Positions 1 through 9,785 of a stretch of 64,000 bases of DNA are shown here, one piece after another. The position numbers and the translations under genes are program-made. This DNA is from a virus, in the IMG/VR virus record IMGVR_UViG_3300031578_000002, positions 60,290 to 124,289 of that record; one strand, written 5' to 3'. The notes below the pieces were generated by a model. The model searched no databases. It was not told the DNA's origin and saw nothing but the letters and a program-made list of their open reading frames with translations. How positions within the stretch are numbered: the first letter of the stretch is position 1; every line of letters begins with the position of its first letter.

Positions 1-966
1 AGCAGTTCTTTTTGCCGCATGTAGTATGTCAATGACTGAATATCCCCACATTTCGGTTGCAGTATATTTATCAGCAGTATTACCATATTTAACCGAAGTA
101 TTACCCCTTCGATATAATTTAATTTTCTCACTAAGCGTTGTAGGTACTTCATCTAAATTCATATTTAATATTTTTGCTCGGCCTAGAATAAATTCGAAGT
201 CAAACATTTCAGAGTTAAATCCAGATATAATTGCTGGTTGAATGTGATTAATCAAGTTAAAAAAATCTTGAATTAATCTAATTTCAGCATCATCATCATC
301 GAGCTTATCTACTTCCAAAATTAGTTCAAAATCACGATTATCCCTAACGCCAATTGCAAATACTCTGGCCATCTGATATCTTAAGCCAGTTGTTTCAATA
401 TCAAAGGTTAATTTATGCACATTTTTATATTCCTCAAATCCTTTATATAATCGTGATTGTGTTGAAATAAAAAATTGTTCCGTTGTCCTTACCGAATAAA
501 ATAAATCTCTATTTGGGTAAACAATTTTACCCTTATTATCCTTAACTACGTGACCATCACTATCATATAATCTATCGTATGGGTTAATACCACCATCCTT
601 GAGATAATTAAGAATATCATTAAATGATCTACTACTAGTTATTTTAAAACAATAGCCCTCAACAAGTCTTTTTTGATTACCGGTTTTTAATTTAGTTATT
701 GTAATTCCATATTTAATTCGCTTGCTATTAACATAATTTTCAGATACATCTTCGTATAATGTCTTACCTAATTTAGATAAGTCTTTCATATACATAAATG
801 GTTCGTATTTTACATCAATAATTTTTGACTTTTCATTTGGCTCATGTATAATACATTTAGCAATATTATTACGTAGATCGGTTTCCACATTAACGACATA
901 TTTTAAATCATTATTATAACCTTCAAGAAAACCCTTGATTTCACCTAAGACTAAATGTTTATCCAT
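1..966 (-). CDS. Family B DNA polymerase, N-terminal part with 3'-5' exonuclease domain (runs off window start)
   Basis: Absent from the ORF track; translated by hand from ATG at 966 (TAATG overlap with SNF2 stop): MDKHLVLGEIKGFLEG...KLTFDIETTGL...GFNSEMFDFEFI...DILHAAKRTA. ExoI (FDIET) and ExoII (GFN...FD) motifs are present. Confidence 0.8.
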   Translation of the reverse strand, partial: MDKHLVLGEIKGFLEGYNNDLKYVVNVETDLRNNIAKCIIHEPNEKSKIIDVKYEPFMYMKDLSKLGKTLYEDVSENYVNSKRIKYGITITKLKTGNQKRLVEGYCFKITSSRSFNDILNYLKDGGINPYDRLYDSDGHVVKDNKGKIVYPNRDLFYSVRTTEQFFISTQSRLYKGFEEYKNVHKLTFDIETTGLRYQMARVFAIGVRDNRDFELILEVDKLDDDDAEIRLIQDFFNLINHIQPAIISGFNSEMFDFEFILGRAKILNMNLDEVPTTLSEKIKLYRRGNTSVKYGNTADKYTATEMWGYSVIDILHAAKRTA

Positions 967-3900
967 TATTTTTTATGTTTATTTTTTATTATTTGAATTA
1001 AGTCATTAATGATACTTTGATTAATATCTGATTCATATTTTTCACCATCAATAACTTGTGAAATTTCTGCACGTTTTGATTCAATCAAATTAAAAATATA
1101 TTCGTCAATTGTGTCTTTATATATGAAAATGTACGCATTAACTGCATTCTTCTGTCCTATCCGGGCAAGCCTATCCGTGCACTGATCTAATGTACCGGGT
1201 GTCCAAGGTATTGTTAACATTCCGACTTTACTAGCAGCAGTTAATGTCAATCCTTCTTTTGTTGTCGATTCCGATCCTAAAAATATTTTAATTTTACCAT
1301 TCTCATCCTGAAAATCTTTAAGTACATTATTCCTTTCATCATCAGATTCATCACCAGTATGTAATGCAGAAATATTTGGGTATAGTTTATGCAATTCATA
1401 TAAACTATTTTTATAAAAATCGATTGCAACAAATTTTTCACCACTTTCTAATATTGAATCAATCAATTCACTGACATTATTAACTTTCAAATATGAAGTA
1501 TATTCTCTTAATTTACCCATTATTGCTAATGGATTATGTAGTTCTTTATTAACAAATTCATTAGCAACCCCTTCTTCAAGATCATAATATACCTCATATT
1601 CTCTAGGTGTCATTTCCAATACAATTCGCTGATATGTTTTTTCTGGCAAGTCCTTTAATACTTCACTTTTTTTCTTTCGATAAATATATGGTGCAATCTT
1701 ATTAAATAATTCATCAAATTTTGTCATAGTAAAATCAGTTTCCCAACCAAATCCATCTAAATTATAATTCATTCCACAATAATATTCGTAAAAATATTTT
1801 TGTGTGGAAAAATCAATTGGTGATATTTGATTTAAAACACTATATAATTCAGCAGCTTTTGAAGGTGCTGGTGTTCCTGACATAAATACTTTTGACATAT
1901 TCTTGTTCCTGAAGATGTCCTCCTTAAATAGTTTTTTAAAATTTTTGTAGGTATTTGATTTAGTAGATTTTAATCGATGACAATTACTAACTAATATATT
2001 ATTGGCAAAATAATTATGATTATCGGCAATTTCTAAATCATATACTTTTTTATTCGATTGACCACATCTTCCAAATTCTCGTCTATTTCCTGATTCCAAA
2101 ATCTCAATACTCTCCAACCAAACATATTCAATATCTCTGTTTTTCTTTTGTCTAAAAATTTCCATAATTTTCTTTTGTGTGAATTTCCATCCACTTCTAT
2201 AGCAATTTTTAATTGAGGTATTGCAATATCTACCGAATAATGAGTTGGTGGTGAAGGTACTATTATTCCCATTTCTTTTAATGGTTTCATTATTGGTGTT
2301 GAGAATTCCATTTCCATATATGTTATTCCAGATATTGCCGAAAAGAGTTTTAATTGCTGTTTTGTTAATTGACCATTCCCACCTCTCGATAGGAAAGTAC
2401 GACCCCTTGAAGAATTTTTCATTTTCAATAAAGTTTCTTCTGAATACATTGGATTTTTTAATTTCATTCTCATTGAAAGTGCATTTGCTAATTCTGGTCT
2501 TTCCTTGTATACAATTTTTAATGAATTCGATATTTTTACATATGTTTCTTTTGAATGTACCTTTTCTTTTATTTCCACTTGATTCATTCTCCATATTGCA
2601 GAACAACTTTTTGAACAAAATTTTCGTGATAATCTTTTTTTTGCTTGAAATTCTTTCCCACAAATTGGGCATGTTATATTCAATAGGGGTGATATGTTTC
2701 CATTCAATTCTTTCGTTATTGCTATTTTCTTCGCATTTTCTTTGGCGGTATATTTTGTCGAACAAGCTTTTGAACATAAAACATGCTCTTTTCTTTTTTT
2801 CTGAAATTCCTTCTGACAGTGTAAACATTTTACTATTGGCAATGATGGAATTTTTTTCAATTCCCATCTTTTTCTCATTGAGCATGTCGTTGAGCAAAAC
2901 ATTTTTTTTGTATTTTCTTTTGTTTGAAATTCTATTCCACAACATTGACATAATCTTACGATAATTTGTGGTTTTATTCTTCCCCCTTTTGATAAAATTT
3001 TCCCCATATTTAAAATCTTTAATTGGTATATATTCATTTTTTTCGATAGAAAAAAATTTATGTTCAGGTGTACATTCAATAATTTCACCATTTGATAATT
3101 TTACTCTAATTATAGTTTTATATCCATTATATAAATACCTATTAATTGATTTTGCTTCAATTTTTTTTAGACTATGATTATAGCTCAAAATTTTAACATT
3201 TAATTTATTTTCAACAATATCCCCGATTTTAATTTTACCAACATTAGTATCTATTAATGTATCATATGTAAAACATTCGTCACTGATAAGACAATCTATT
3301 TTACCTATATTTAATTTTTCGAATTTACTTTTTACTTTATTAAAATCGGATGAATTAAAATACTCATAATTGGTAATAATATATTTAGCGTCTTCGATAC
3401 TACATGTATTTTTCTTACCAATAATATGTGCTTTAGAATATGTGAATTTCTCGACTTCATTATAATAATTAAATTTTAATGAATTGGGGGTTATAACAAA
3501 AACCTTATTAAATGGATTCATTTCACAATATGCAATGGAGATTACAGTTTTACCAGTCCCCATATCGAGTGCCAATAACGCATTTCTAACCACATTTAAG
3601 AACATAACACTTACAATCTGATGTGGATAAAGTTTTATGTTTGGTTTTAAAAATTTATGTACTTGTTCCGAATATTCCTCATATGTTTCTTCAAGTTCTT
3701 GTTTATATTTAACCCAATGTTCTTTTTTTACATTTAATTCAGCAATAAATTTACGTTTTGCCTCTTCAGCAATTTCAAGTTTTTTTATTTGTTCAATAAA
3801 TATCTTACGGCTATCTTCATTACCAAAATCGAAATGAATTTTATTTGATCCTTTATATCTTTTTATTAATAAAAATAATGAAAGCGTTGAAATTTCCCAA

Positions 3901-4049
3901 ACCATCATGCCTGCATTCCATTTACGTGTGTCTTCAGGGAGTTCTTTTATTCTTTGAGTGATTTGATCATTTATTGGAAACCTAAGATAATACCAATGTC
4001 TTTTTGATATTCTTTCACAATGTACTACGAAAATATTATTGACTTGCAT
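966..4049 (-). CDS. SNF2/SWI2-family helicase containing an intein
   Basis: LYPHQ, ALDMGTGKT (Walker A), SDE|CH after intein removal, MSGTP, KEGLTL and QCTDRLARIGQ motifs. Confidence 0.92.
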   Translation of the reverse strand: MQVNNIFVVHCERISKRHWYYLRFPINDQITQRIKELPEDTRKWNAGMMVWEISTLSLFLLIKRYKGSNKIHFDFGNEDSRKIFIEQIKKLEIAEEAKRKFIAELNVKKEHWVKYKQELEETYEEYSEQVHKFLKPNIKLYPHQIVSVMFLNVVRNALLALDMGTGKTVISIAYCEMNPFNKVFVITPNSLKFNYYNEVEKFTYSKAHIIGKKNTCSIEDAKYIITNYEYFNSSDFNKVKSKFEKLNIGKIDCLISDECFTYDTLIDTNVGKIKIGDIVENKLNVKILSYNHSLKKIEAKSINRYLYNGYKTIIRVKLSNGEIIECTPEHKFFSIEKNEYIPIKDFKYGENFIKRGKNKTTNYRKIMSMLWNRISNKRKYKKNVLLNDMLNEKKMGIEKNSIIANSKMFTLSEGISEKKKRACFMFKSLFDKIYRQRKCEENSNNERIEWKHITPIEYNMPNLWERISSKKKIITKILFKKLFCNMENESSGNKRKGTFKRNICKNIEFIKNCIQGKTRISKCTFNENEIKKSNVFRRNFIENEKFFKGSYFPIERWEWSINKTAIKTLFGNIWNNIYGNGILNTNNETIKRNGNNSTFTTNSLFGRYCNTSIKNCYRSGWKFTQKKIMEIFRQKKNRDIEYVWLESIEILESGNRREFGRCGQSNKKVYDLEIADNHNYFANNILVSNCHRLKSTKSNTYKNFKKLFKEDIFRNKNMSKVFMSGTPAPSKAAELYSVLNQISPIDFSTQKYFYEYYCGMNYNLDGFGWETDFTMTKFDELFNKIAPYIYRKKKSEVLKDLPEKTYQRIVLEMTPREYEVYYDLEEGVANEFVNKELHNPLAIMGKLREYTSYLKVNNVSELIDSILESGEKFVAIDFYKNSLYELHKLYPNISALHTGDESDDERNNVLKDFQDENGKIKIFLGSESTTKEGLTLTAASKVGMLTIPWTPGTLDQCTDRLARIGQKNAVNAYIFIYKDTIDEYIFNLIESKRAEISQVIDGEKYESDINQSIINDLIQIIKNKHKK
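1983..3275 (-). mobile_element. Intein (431 aa) in the DExH motif of the SNF2 helicase
   Basis: Starts CFTYDTLIDT, block B ECTPEHKFF, block F VYDLEIADNHNYFAN, ends ILVSN followed by Cys+1. Removal restores SDECHRLK. Confidence 0.92.
2033..3007 (-). CDS. Zn-finger repeat / NUMOD3-like / DUF559 (Vsr-like) homing endonuclease nested in the +1 frame of the intein
   Basis: Three CxxC..EF..CSxxC repeats, SEETLLKM, and YSVDIAIPQLKIAIEVDGNSH...GWRVLRFWN (PD-(D/E)XK Vsr-like). Likely start MGKILSK at 3007; the ORF is open from 3091. Confidence 0.85.
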   Translation of the reverse strand: MGKILSKGGRIKPQIIVRLCQCCGIEFQTKENTKKMFCSTTCSMRKRWELKKIPSLPIVKCLHCQKEFQKKRKEHVLCSKACSTKYTAKENAKKIAITKELNGNISPLLNITCPICGKEFQAKKRLSRKFCSKSCSAIWRMNQVEIKEKVHSKETYVKISNSLKIVYKERPELANALSMRMKLKNPMYSEETLLKMKNSSRGRTFLSRGGNGQLTKQQLKLFSAISGITYMEMEFSTPIMKPLKEMGIIVPSPPTHYSVDIAIPQLKIAIEVDGNSHKRKLWKFLDKRKTEILNMFGWRVLRFWNQEIDENLEDVVNRIKKYMI

Positions 4050-4066
4050 ATTTACATGATATTATG

Positions 4067-4096
4067 CAAATATAATCAGAATAATTAGAATGTCAA
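4067..4096 (-). promoter_or_regulatory. Bacteroidota-type sigma70 promoter for the SNF2/polymerase operon
   Basis: Minus strand reads TTGACA...TATATTTG (TTG, 19 nt, TAnnTTTG), ending 17 nt before the ATG at 4049. Confidence 0.7.
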
Positions 4097-4106
4097 CGAA
4101 AATATT

Positions 4107-4520
4107 TTAAATAACTGTTGTTTTTGTTATTGTGTCGGTAATAACGATATTAATTTGACCATCAACAGGCAATTTTATTTGACCGCATTCATCACCTAAA
4201 AAGTCAATTGCAAACTCGCCTGAGTATCGACCTGATTTAGCTGTTTGTGTTGATTTAAATTTATATGTTAACGTATATTTTTCCTCATCAGGAAATAATT
4301 CTCTGTTGGTATTAATGACTAAACTTGCAGGTACGTTAGCAATACGATATCGCCCAGTTTCCGTATTTATCATTGAGAATGTAATTGCAACATTATCAAG
4401 CATATCATCGGTAATGTCATATTGCTGTCGAACTTGTTGAAGCAATGGATATTTTAATTCGGGTAAAGTACTGTCTTTTTTTATAAAGAAATTTTTTATA
4501 TTAAATGTTGAGTAATTCAT
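4107..4520 (-). CDS. Hypothetical virion protein, BppU-like Ig-fold adaptor
   Basis: ITFSMIN...LTYKF...SGRYSGEFAIDF pattern typical of BppU-N-like domains. Confidence 0.45.
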   Translation of the reverse strand: MNYSTFNIKNFFIKKDSTLPELKYPLLQQVRQQYDITDDMLDNVAITFSMINTETGRYRIANVPASLVINTNRELFPDEEKYTLTYKFKSTQTAKSGRYSGEFAIDFLGDECGQIKLPVDGQINIVITDTITKTTVI

Positions 4521-4545
4521 TTATTTGTTGTTAATTATTCTACTG

Positions 4546-4923
4546 TTATTGCCTGTCAATTTCTGACATTAATTTTTCTCTATTGCCGCCAATTAAATTG
4601 TTCCTTTTCTTTAGTGTTGCAGCAATTCCATCGCCAATTAAACCCAATTCTAGTGAATCTATTTCCTCAAAAGAATGTCCGGTAAAACCAGTGTAAAATT
4701 TAAATAATACATATGAACATAATATTGTCGTTAAATATCTGCGCCAATTATCATGAAACCAAAAGTGCCAACTCCATTTTTTTGGCGTGTTTGTACTATT
4801 CATATCACGACCACTTGTTTCTGTTAGTCCATATATTATATATCCAATAATAAAATACCACGCATATCCAAATAATTGATTTCCAGTGTAATCTCCAAAT
4901 ATTGTTTTTATTATTTCGTTCAT
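4546..4923 (-). CDS. Small membrane protein (holin-like)
   Basis: Two to three hydrophobic segments, charged C-terminus, GTATTTAT motif 16 nt upstream. Confidence 0.45.
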   Translation of the reverse strand: MNEIIKTIFGDYTGNQLFGYAWYFIIGYIIYGLTETSGRDMNSTNTPKKWSWHFWFHDNWRRYLTTILCSYVLFKFYTGFTGHSFEEIDSLELGLIGDGIAATLKKRNNLIGGNREKLMSEIDRQ

Positions 4924-4961
4924 ATTATTACTTTTTCTATAAATACAATTTAATTTTAATT

Positions 4962-5102
4962 CTAAGTATAAAATGGAAAATTCTTATCTTTTGTTCCCAT
5001 AACGCCATTTGATTGATAATGAATATCTACTAAAATGATAAATGGCTCATTAGTACTACCAGCTGGAGCACCACTTAATAAATCAATTGTGAATGTTGCC
5101 AT
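4962..5102 (-). CDS. Small hypothetical protein (46 aa, MATFTIDLLSG...)
   Basis: Hand-translated ORF below the track cut-off, preceded by the GTATTTAT late-type motif at 5120-5127. Confidence 0.4.
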   Translation of the reverse strand: MATFTIDLLSGAPAGSTNEPFIILVDIHYQSNGVMGTKDKNFPFYT

Positions 5103-5267
5103 CGGTCATCTCTTTAATAATAAATACTGAATATTTTTGAAATCAACTAAAGTTATTTTAAATTAAAAATGAAGCAAATTTACTTTATTTTTCAATACTT
5201 TTTACAACCATCTGTTAAATATATATGTAATTATGAATTAAACAGTAATTAATAATATGTAATTATA

Positions 5268-6545
5268 TTACCAATTTATAGTCGAAACTATTGGCGATAC
5301 TGCAATCACCTCTATTCCATTATTAACAATCATTTTGCCAATATTTGGAACTGCTTTTCTTAATATGTTTAATGAACCATTTAAATCTGCATTAATTAAC
5401 CCACCAGATTTTGATTTAAATAGTCCCCGTTTCACCCTACTACCACAATATATCTCATGCTTACATATTTCTTCATTATCAATAAAACTACATTTTGATG
5501 TGTAACTCTCTTCATTAACCATTACTGTAATTCCTTCTAATTTAGCTTTATACAATAGCATTTCAATAAACCTACTATGTGGTATATTAACGAAATTTTG
5601 ATTATTCCTTTTTCCAATATTTATATCTTGCTTCCACTCCCTATTATTACCAATTATTATGGTATTAATATTGTTGAATACTAAATGATTTATAATATAT
5701 CGGCTTGATTTGTGCAAATAATCATTTATCTTATTATTTCTTTTATTGGTTAAATTATTTATTCTTTTGCTTGTCTTTAATTGTATTTTTTCTCCCCTTT
5801 TATTAGTATAATGATTTAAATCGGATTTAAATTTACCCATTTTTTTATTGTAATACTGATTAATTGATTTCAACGGTTTACCGTTTATTATGATTGGTTT
5901 TATTACATTACTTCCGATACAAGCTAGATTATTTAATCCCAAATCTATTGAGCAATATCTATTATTGTTCTCTTTTAATTTATTTTCTTGTTTCTCATAA
6001 ACAACTTCAACCACATAATGATTACCTTTAGGTATTATTCTACATTGTTTTAACGTATTAATATTTACGTTAGTTTTAATTTTTATGTTTGTTTTAGATA
6101 GTTTAATTATATTATTTTTTATTTCTGTTTTAGATATGCTACCTAATTCATATATTACTGGATATCTGCCATTTTTATCTTTATATGATGGCAAACTAGG
6201 TTTACCCCTATATTTAGACTTATTTCTTGAGTAATCCTTAATTGTAGCAAAAAATGATTTCCAATTTTTATCTAATGACATTAGTGTTTGATTCGATACT
6301 TTTCTTGGTAATCGAACATAATCACAATCATTTGTATTAATCATTAATTTATTAATATCATAATAATTAAAATAATTAGCATGTTCAATTAAACCCAATT
6401 GTTTATCTCCGCTTGATTTAATAAATTCTTGTCTTACAATATAATTAGCCCTATTATATAAATTTTTTGATAAAAAACATAATTTATCCATTTCACAATA
6501 AAATGGATTTGATTTTTTAATAATATGTTTTTCAGTTAAAATCAT
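5268..6545 (-). CDS. tnpB: IS607-type TnpB RNA-guided nuclease (rearranged RuvC-II)
   Basis: SIDLGLNNLA (RuvC-I), IIIGNNREWKQ with Gly at the canonical Glu position, NEESYTSK, INADLNGSLNI (RuvC-III). Confidence 0.9.
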   Translation of the reverse strand: MILTEKHIIKKSNPFYCEMDKLCFLSKNLYNRANYIVRQEFIKSSGDKQLGLIEHANYFNYYDINKLMINTNDCDYVRLPRKVSNQTLMSLDKNWKSFFATIKDYSRNKSKYRGKPSLPSYKDKNGRYPVIYELGSISKTEIKNNIIKLSKTNIKIKTNVNINTLKQCRIIPKGNHYVVEVVYEKQENKLKENNNRYCSIDLGLNNLACIGSNVIKPIIINGKPLKSINQYYNKKMGKFKSDLNHYTNKRGEKIQLKTSKRINNLTNKRNNKINDYLHKSSRYIINHLVFNNINTIIIGNNREWKQDINIGKRNNQNFVNIPHSRFIEMLLYKAKLEGITVMVNEESYTSKCSFIDNEEICKHEIYCGSRVKRGLFKSKSGGLINADLNGSLNILRKAVPNIGKMIVNNGIEVIAVSPIVSTINW

Positions 6546-6547
6546 GG

Positions 6548-7126
6548 TTATGATTCAATAAATTTAATAATTTCTTCTTTATTTTTCTTTTTTCTTAAGC
6601 CATACATTCTAGCAGAAAATGAATAGAATATTGAAATCATATCGTTTAATAAATCTTGTTTATCAACATCAACATGATTTATAATAACAATTTTTTTACC
6701 TTTTAGACTTAAAAATAATGATATATAATTAAAACCAAATCTAGTTAATCTATCTTTATTTTCAATAATTATAATATCCCAATCATTTCTAATTAACAAT
6801 TTATTTAATTTAGGTCTATTATCATTCATACCCGAAGCAATTTCTTTAATTTCATCAATAACCACATAGCCATTATTGATTGCAAAATTTCTAATTCTGT
6901 TAAGTTGATAATCTAATTCTTTTTTTCTATCATTATTAGATACTCTTGCATAGAGTATAGCATTAGTTTGATTATTAACTTCAGGAAATAATGGAATTTT
7001 AACATGATTAGTTTCATCTAAAAAAGCGTTTTTTATTTTACCTGCATTGAATCTATTCCATGCCGTTTTATACGTAACTGAATTTTCTTTAGCATATTCA
7101 GATAATTTTTTATAAATTTGTTGCAT
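6548..7126 (-). CDS. tnpA: IS607 TnpA serine recombinase (MerR-like HTH + resolvase)
   Basis: KLSEYAKENSVTYKTAWNRF HTH; ILYARVSNN, EIASGMNDNRPKL, IENKDRLTRFGF. Confidence 0.93.
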   Translation of the reverse strand: MQQIYKKLSEYAKENSVTYKTAWNRFNAGKIKNAFLDETNHVKIPLFPEVNNQTNAILYARVSNNDRKKELDYQLNRIRNFAINNGYVVIDEIKEIASGMNDNRPKLNKLLIRNDWDIIIIENKDRLTRFGFNYISLFLSLKGKKIVIINHVDVDKQDLLNDMISIFYSFSARMYGLRKKKNKEEIIKFIES

Positions 7127-7325
7127 ATGACAATTACAATTAAAGTAATAAATACTATCAATATGGAAAAAGTTTCAATATAATGGAATAAATTTACATA
7201 ATATTTATAACTTGTAATTAACACCTTATTCAACATTTGTAATTAATTATAATTAATAGTGTTTTCCAACCATACTTCCAGCCATTTTTACGATTCCAGA
7301 TGATAATCTTATTATTGACATAATT

Positions 7326-8660
7326 TTAAGGAATTGGAAATTGTTTTATCGTTCCATCAAACTGCCCCCGCATTGGTGGTTCAAATACTTTGTTACCTAC
7401 TGCGTAGCCTGTGGGGTCGATTATTGAATCGCCTACTGCTAACAATGGTTCATCAAATAATCCTGCGAAGGTTCCTCCTATAATAGCCATTAAAGGAGTT
7501 GAATAATCGATGCTTTCAACTTTTATGGCTTGTGTTTGACCGTTAATTAGTAAAAATAGTGTCCCAGAAATTCTAATAAAGCAATAATATTTATATCCAG
7601 TAAGCGTCTGAGAGGCATACGTTTTGATTAAATTTGTTTCAAAATAGTCGTTTGTAGAATCCTTACCTATTTTTATATCCGTTCCAAATCGCAAAATAAC
7701 TGCATCAGCTGTTGGATTAGCCCAAAATCCTATAAAAAAATCAGATATTCCAAATGAGTAAGTATTTGTACTTTGCAATACCTGACCACCAGCAAATAGT
7801 AGCCCTGTTTTAGTCCATTTGGGTTTATTTGTTGAATATGTAAAAACATCAGTGCCTATACTACACTTAATACTTGTAATATTATCGTTCACATCAATAA
7901 TCACTCCGTCCAAAAATTTACTGCTTAAAAAGAACTCTTTTAAACCGTCTGCTTTGTAACGTTTAAAGTGTGTGAATTTTTCTTTATATAACTTTGGAAT
8001 GTCATTTTTTAAAATTCTGAAACTACTATCAATTGAATGAATTTGGAAGTTATCCATTATTGCCTCGCCGTAGCTGTTGAAGCCATCCCACCCAAAAATC
8101 TGTAAGTTATTTGTGATTCTTATTTTATTAGAATCAGTTGAAAAAATATAATACTGCACCACTCCATCTATGGCGGCAAAATAATTTGCACTATAAATAA
8201 TACCATCAACAGACGTATAAGGTAATTTTCCGAGCATGACTTTAATTGGCACATCAAGTCTATCAATAACTCCTGAACTAAATGAGAATATATGTGAAAA
8301 TGTACCCAAATTAAATTCAAGTGTGGTTCCATACCGTAACCCAAGATAACCATAAACCGTATCTCGAAAAAACATAAGATACCTGTTGCCGTAATCGATT
8401 GATTTAAACTCAATTTGGAATTGCAATATAAAAAACTCCAGCTGTTGATCGTATGCTCCGCTTGCCCAAACTAAAGGTTTTTCTCCGTCAAATCGGACCC
8501 CCTTACCATATTCAAACGTAGGCTGCTTATTAACGTCAGTCTGAACAAAAGCAATATTCTGAGCTTTGTCAGTTATTTGACTGACCTTATTTGTCGAATC
8601 TTTAAAGATTCTATTAGGTAGTTGCATGTCAATATCTATATGAAGTAGTATCTTGCTCAT
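7326..8660 (-). CDS. Putative receptor-binding/tail appendage protein with LamG-like beta-sandwich domains
   Basis: Two beta-rich repeats (FFIGFWANP, FLLINGQ, FAGLFDEP) ending in VFEPP, similar to the end of the upstream gene (VFTPP). Confidence 0.5.
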   Translation of the reverse strand: MSKILLHIDIDMQLPNRIFKDSTNKVSQITDKAQNIAFVQTDVNKQPTFEYGKGVRFDGEKPLVWASGAYDQQLEFFILQFQIEFKSIDYGNRYLMFFRDTVYGYLGLRYGTTLEFNLGTFSHIFSFSSGVIDRLDVPIKVMLGKLPYTSVDGIIYSANYFAAIDGVVQYYIFSTDSNKIRITNNLQIFGWDGFNSYGEAIMDNFQIHSIDSSFRILKNDIPKLYKEKFTHFKRYKADGLKEFFLSSKFLDGVIIDVNDNITSIKCSIGTDVFTYSTNKPKWTKTGLLFAGGQVLQSTNTYSFGISDFFIGFWANPTADAVILRFGTDIKIGKDSTNDYFETNLIKTYASQTLTGYKYYCFIRISGTLFLLINGQTQAIKVESIDYSTPLMAIIGGTFAGLFDEPLLAVGDSIIDPTGYAVGNKVFEPPMRGQFDGTIKQFPIP

Positions 8661-9418
8661 AATAATGTATTTGGATAAGTTGGAGGTGTGAAGACTTGTT
8701 CATTTAAACTCCATTTTAATGCACTTCCATCCCATCCTATTAATGTTGAGTTTTCATACCTAACTTTTAATTCATCAAAATTTCCAACTAAGCAGTCAGA
8801 AGTAAACCCTATAAGCATTCCAATATGACTTTTAAATGTTTGAGGATTAAATCCGATAACAGAAATTTCACTTTTAACGTAACAAATACGCCCATCAACA
8901 AAAGTAGTACAAACACCATTTTGAAAAGTTATTAAGTTATGTACCCATGTATTTGAGGGGGTTGGATAAAGTGTTGTACCTCTATCTACCCCTAATTGGG
9001 CTGACAGTAAAAATGTTGGTAAAATAGAATACCCATAAGCCCCATTTGCAGTTAAGACAAGAGTAAACGCATTACTACTGTCAGTTGGGTAGTTAGATAT
9101 ATCAAAAAGTCTTTGCGAAGAGGTAGCTGCGTCAAACTTTACCCAAAACTCCATTATAAAATTCTGAGAATAGTTAAATGGTACACCCTCTAATTGTTCT
9201 CCCCCAACATCGAAGCGCAAACCGTCACCGTTTTCACTTGGAGTACCTATTTTTTGCCTAAACACGTTTGAATTGTAACGGTTCTTAACCTTAGAAACAA
9301 GATTGCTCCCATCCTTAGTAACACCATAAGAACTGGATATATCAATAATAGGAGGTGTCTTTATTATCTCTCCAGATATATTTCTTATTATCTTATTATC
9401 TTGAAGGATTAGACTCAT
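8657..9418 (-). CDS. Concanavalin A-like lectin/glucanase (LamG) domain tail protein
   Basis: NFIMEFWVK...NTWVHNLITF...TFVDG...GNFDELKV pattern. Confidence 0.65.
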   Translation of the reverse strand: MSLILQDNKIIRNISGEIIKTPPIIDISSSYGVTKDGSNLVSKVKNRYNSNVFRQKIGTPSENGDGLRFDVGGEQLEGVPFNYSQNFIMEFWVKFDAATSSQRLFDISNYPTDSSNAFTLVLTANGAYGYSILPTFLLSAQLGVDRGTTLYPTPSNTWVHNLITFQNGVCTTFVDGRICYVKSEISVIGFNPQTFKSHIGMLIGFTSDCLVGNFDELKVRYENSTLIGWDGSALKWSLNEQVFTPPTYPNTLL

Positions 9419-9765
9419 ATTGACGGTGTTGTAGTAATTATCAACTTATCGGGGTCAAAACTAGGAAAACATTGTATAATATATTCTTTGATTCTTTGGT
9501 CAAAGAAATAAAATACATTTGAATCATTAGTTGGGTAATTGAATTTGAATTCATATTTATCTCCCTCAAACCCCTCAATTTTCAATGCATTAGTTGGAGA
9601 ATCGAGCATCTTTTCTGCGCTCATAAAGAACCCAATCTGTGCTCGAATCCTCACACTATCAACTTTATCGTTTGATATTTCAACGGTATGTGCTGAAATA
9701 ATGGTTTGTTCCAAAGGAACTCCTGCATTGGAGATTATTACTTGATTTTGATTAATTATTGCCAT
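9415..9765 (-). CDS. Small hypothetical protein downstream of tail fibre (possible fibre chaperone)
   Basis: Likely start MAIINQNQ at 9765; the longer ORF overlaps the fibre stop. Function inferred from position only. Confidence 0.4.
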   Translation of the reverse strand: MAIINQNQVIISNAGVPLEQTIISAHTVEISNDKVDSVRIRAQIGFFMSAEKMLDSPTNALKIEGFEGDKYEFKFNYPTNDSNVFYFFDQRIKEYIIQCFPSFDPDKLIITTTPSI

Positions 9766-9785
9766 TATAATATTTTTATAAATAT

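Larger units (their letters stand above)
5209..7270 (-). mobile_element. IS607-family insertion sequence (tnpA serine recombinase + tnpB)
   Basis: tnpA-tnpB pair. The 7-bp direct repeat CAACCAT at 5205-5211 and 7267-7273 contains the GG core on the minus strand. GTAATTA repeats occur at both ends (5227, 5245, 5259, 7214, 7239). Confidence 0.85.

Noticed and set aside
2221-2964. 247-aa plus-strand ORF opposite the dual-coding intein region
   Set aside because: The F/L/I-rich translation is the antisense shadow of an A-rich minus strand; no motif, promoter or context supports it.
5102-7326. IStron (group I intron fused to IS607)
   Set aside because: Only about 140 nt lie between the left end and tnpA, no group I core motifs are present, and the insertion is intergenic.
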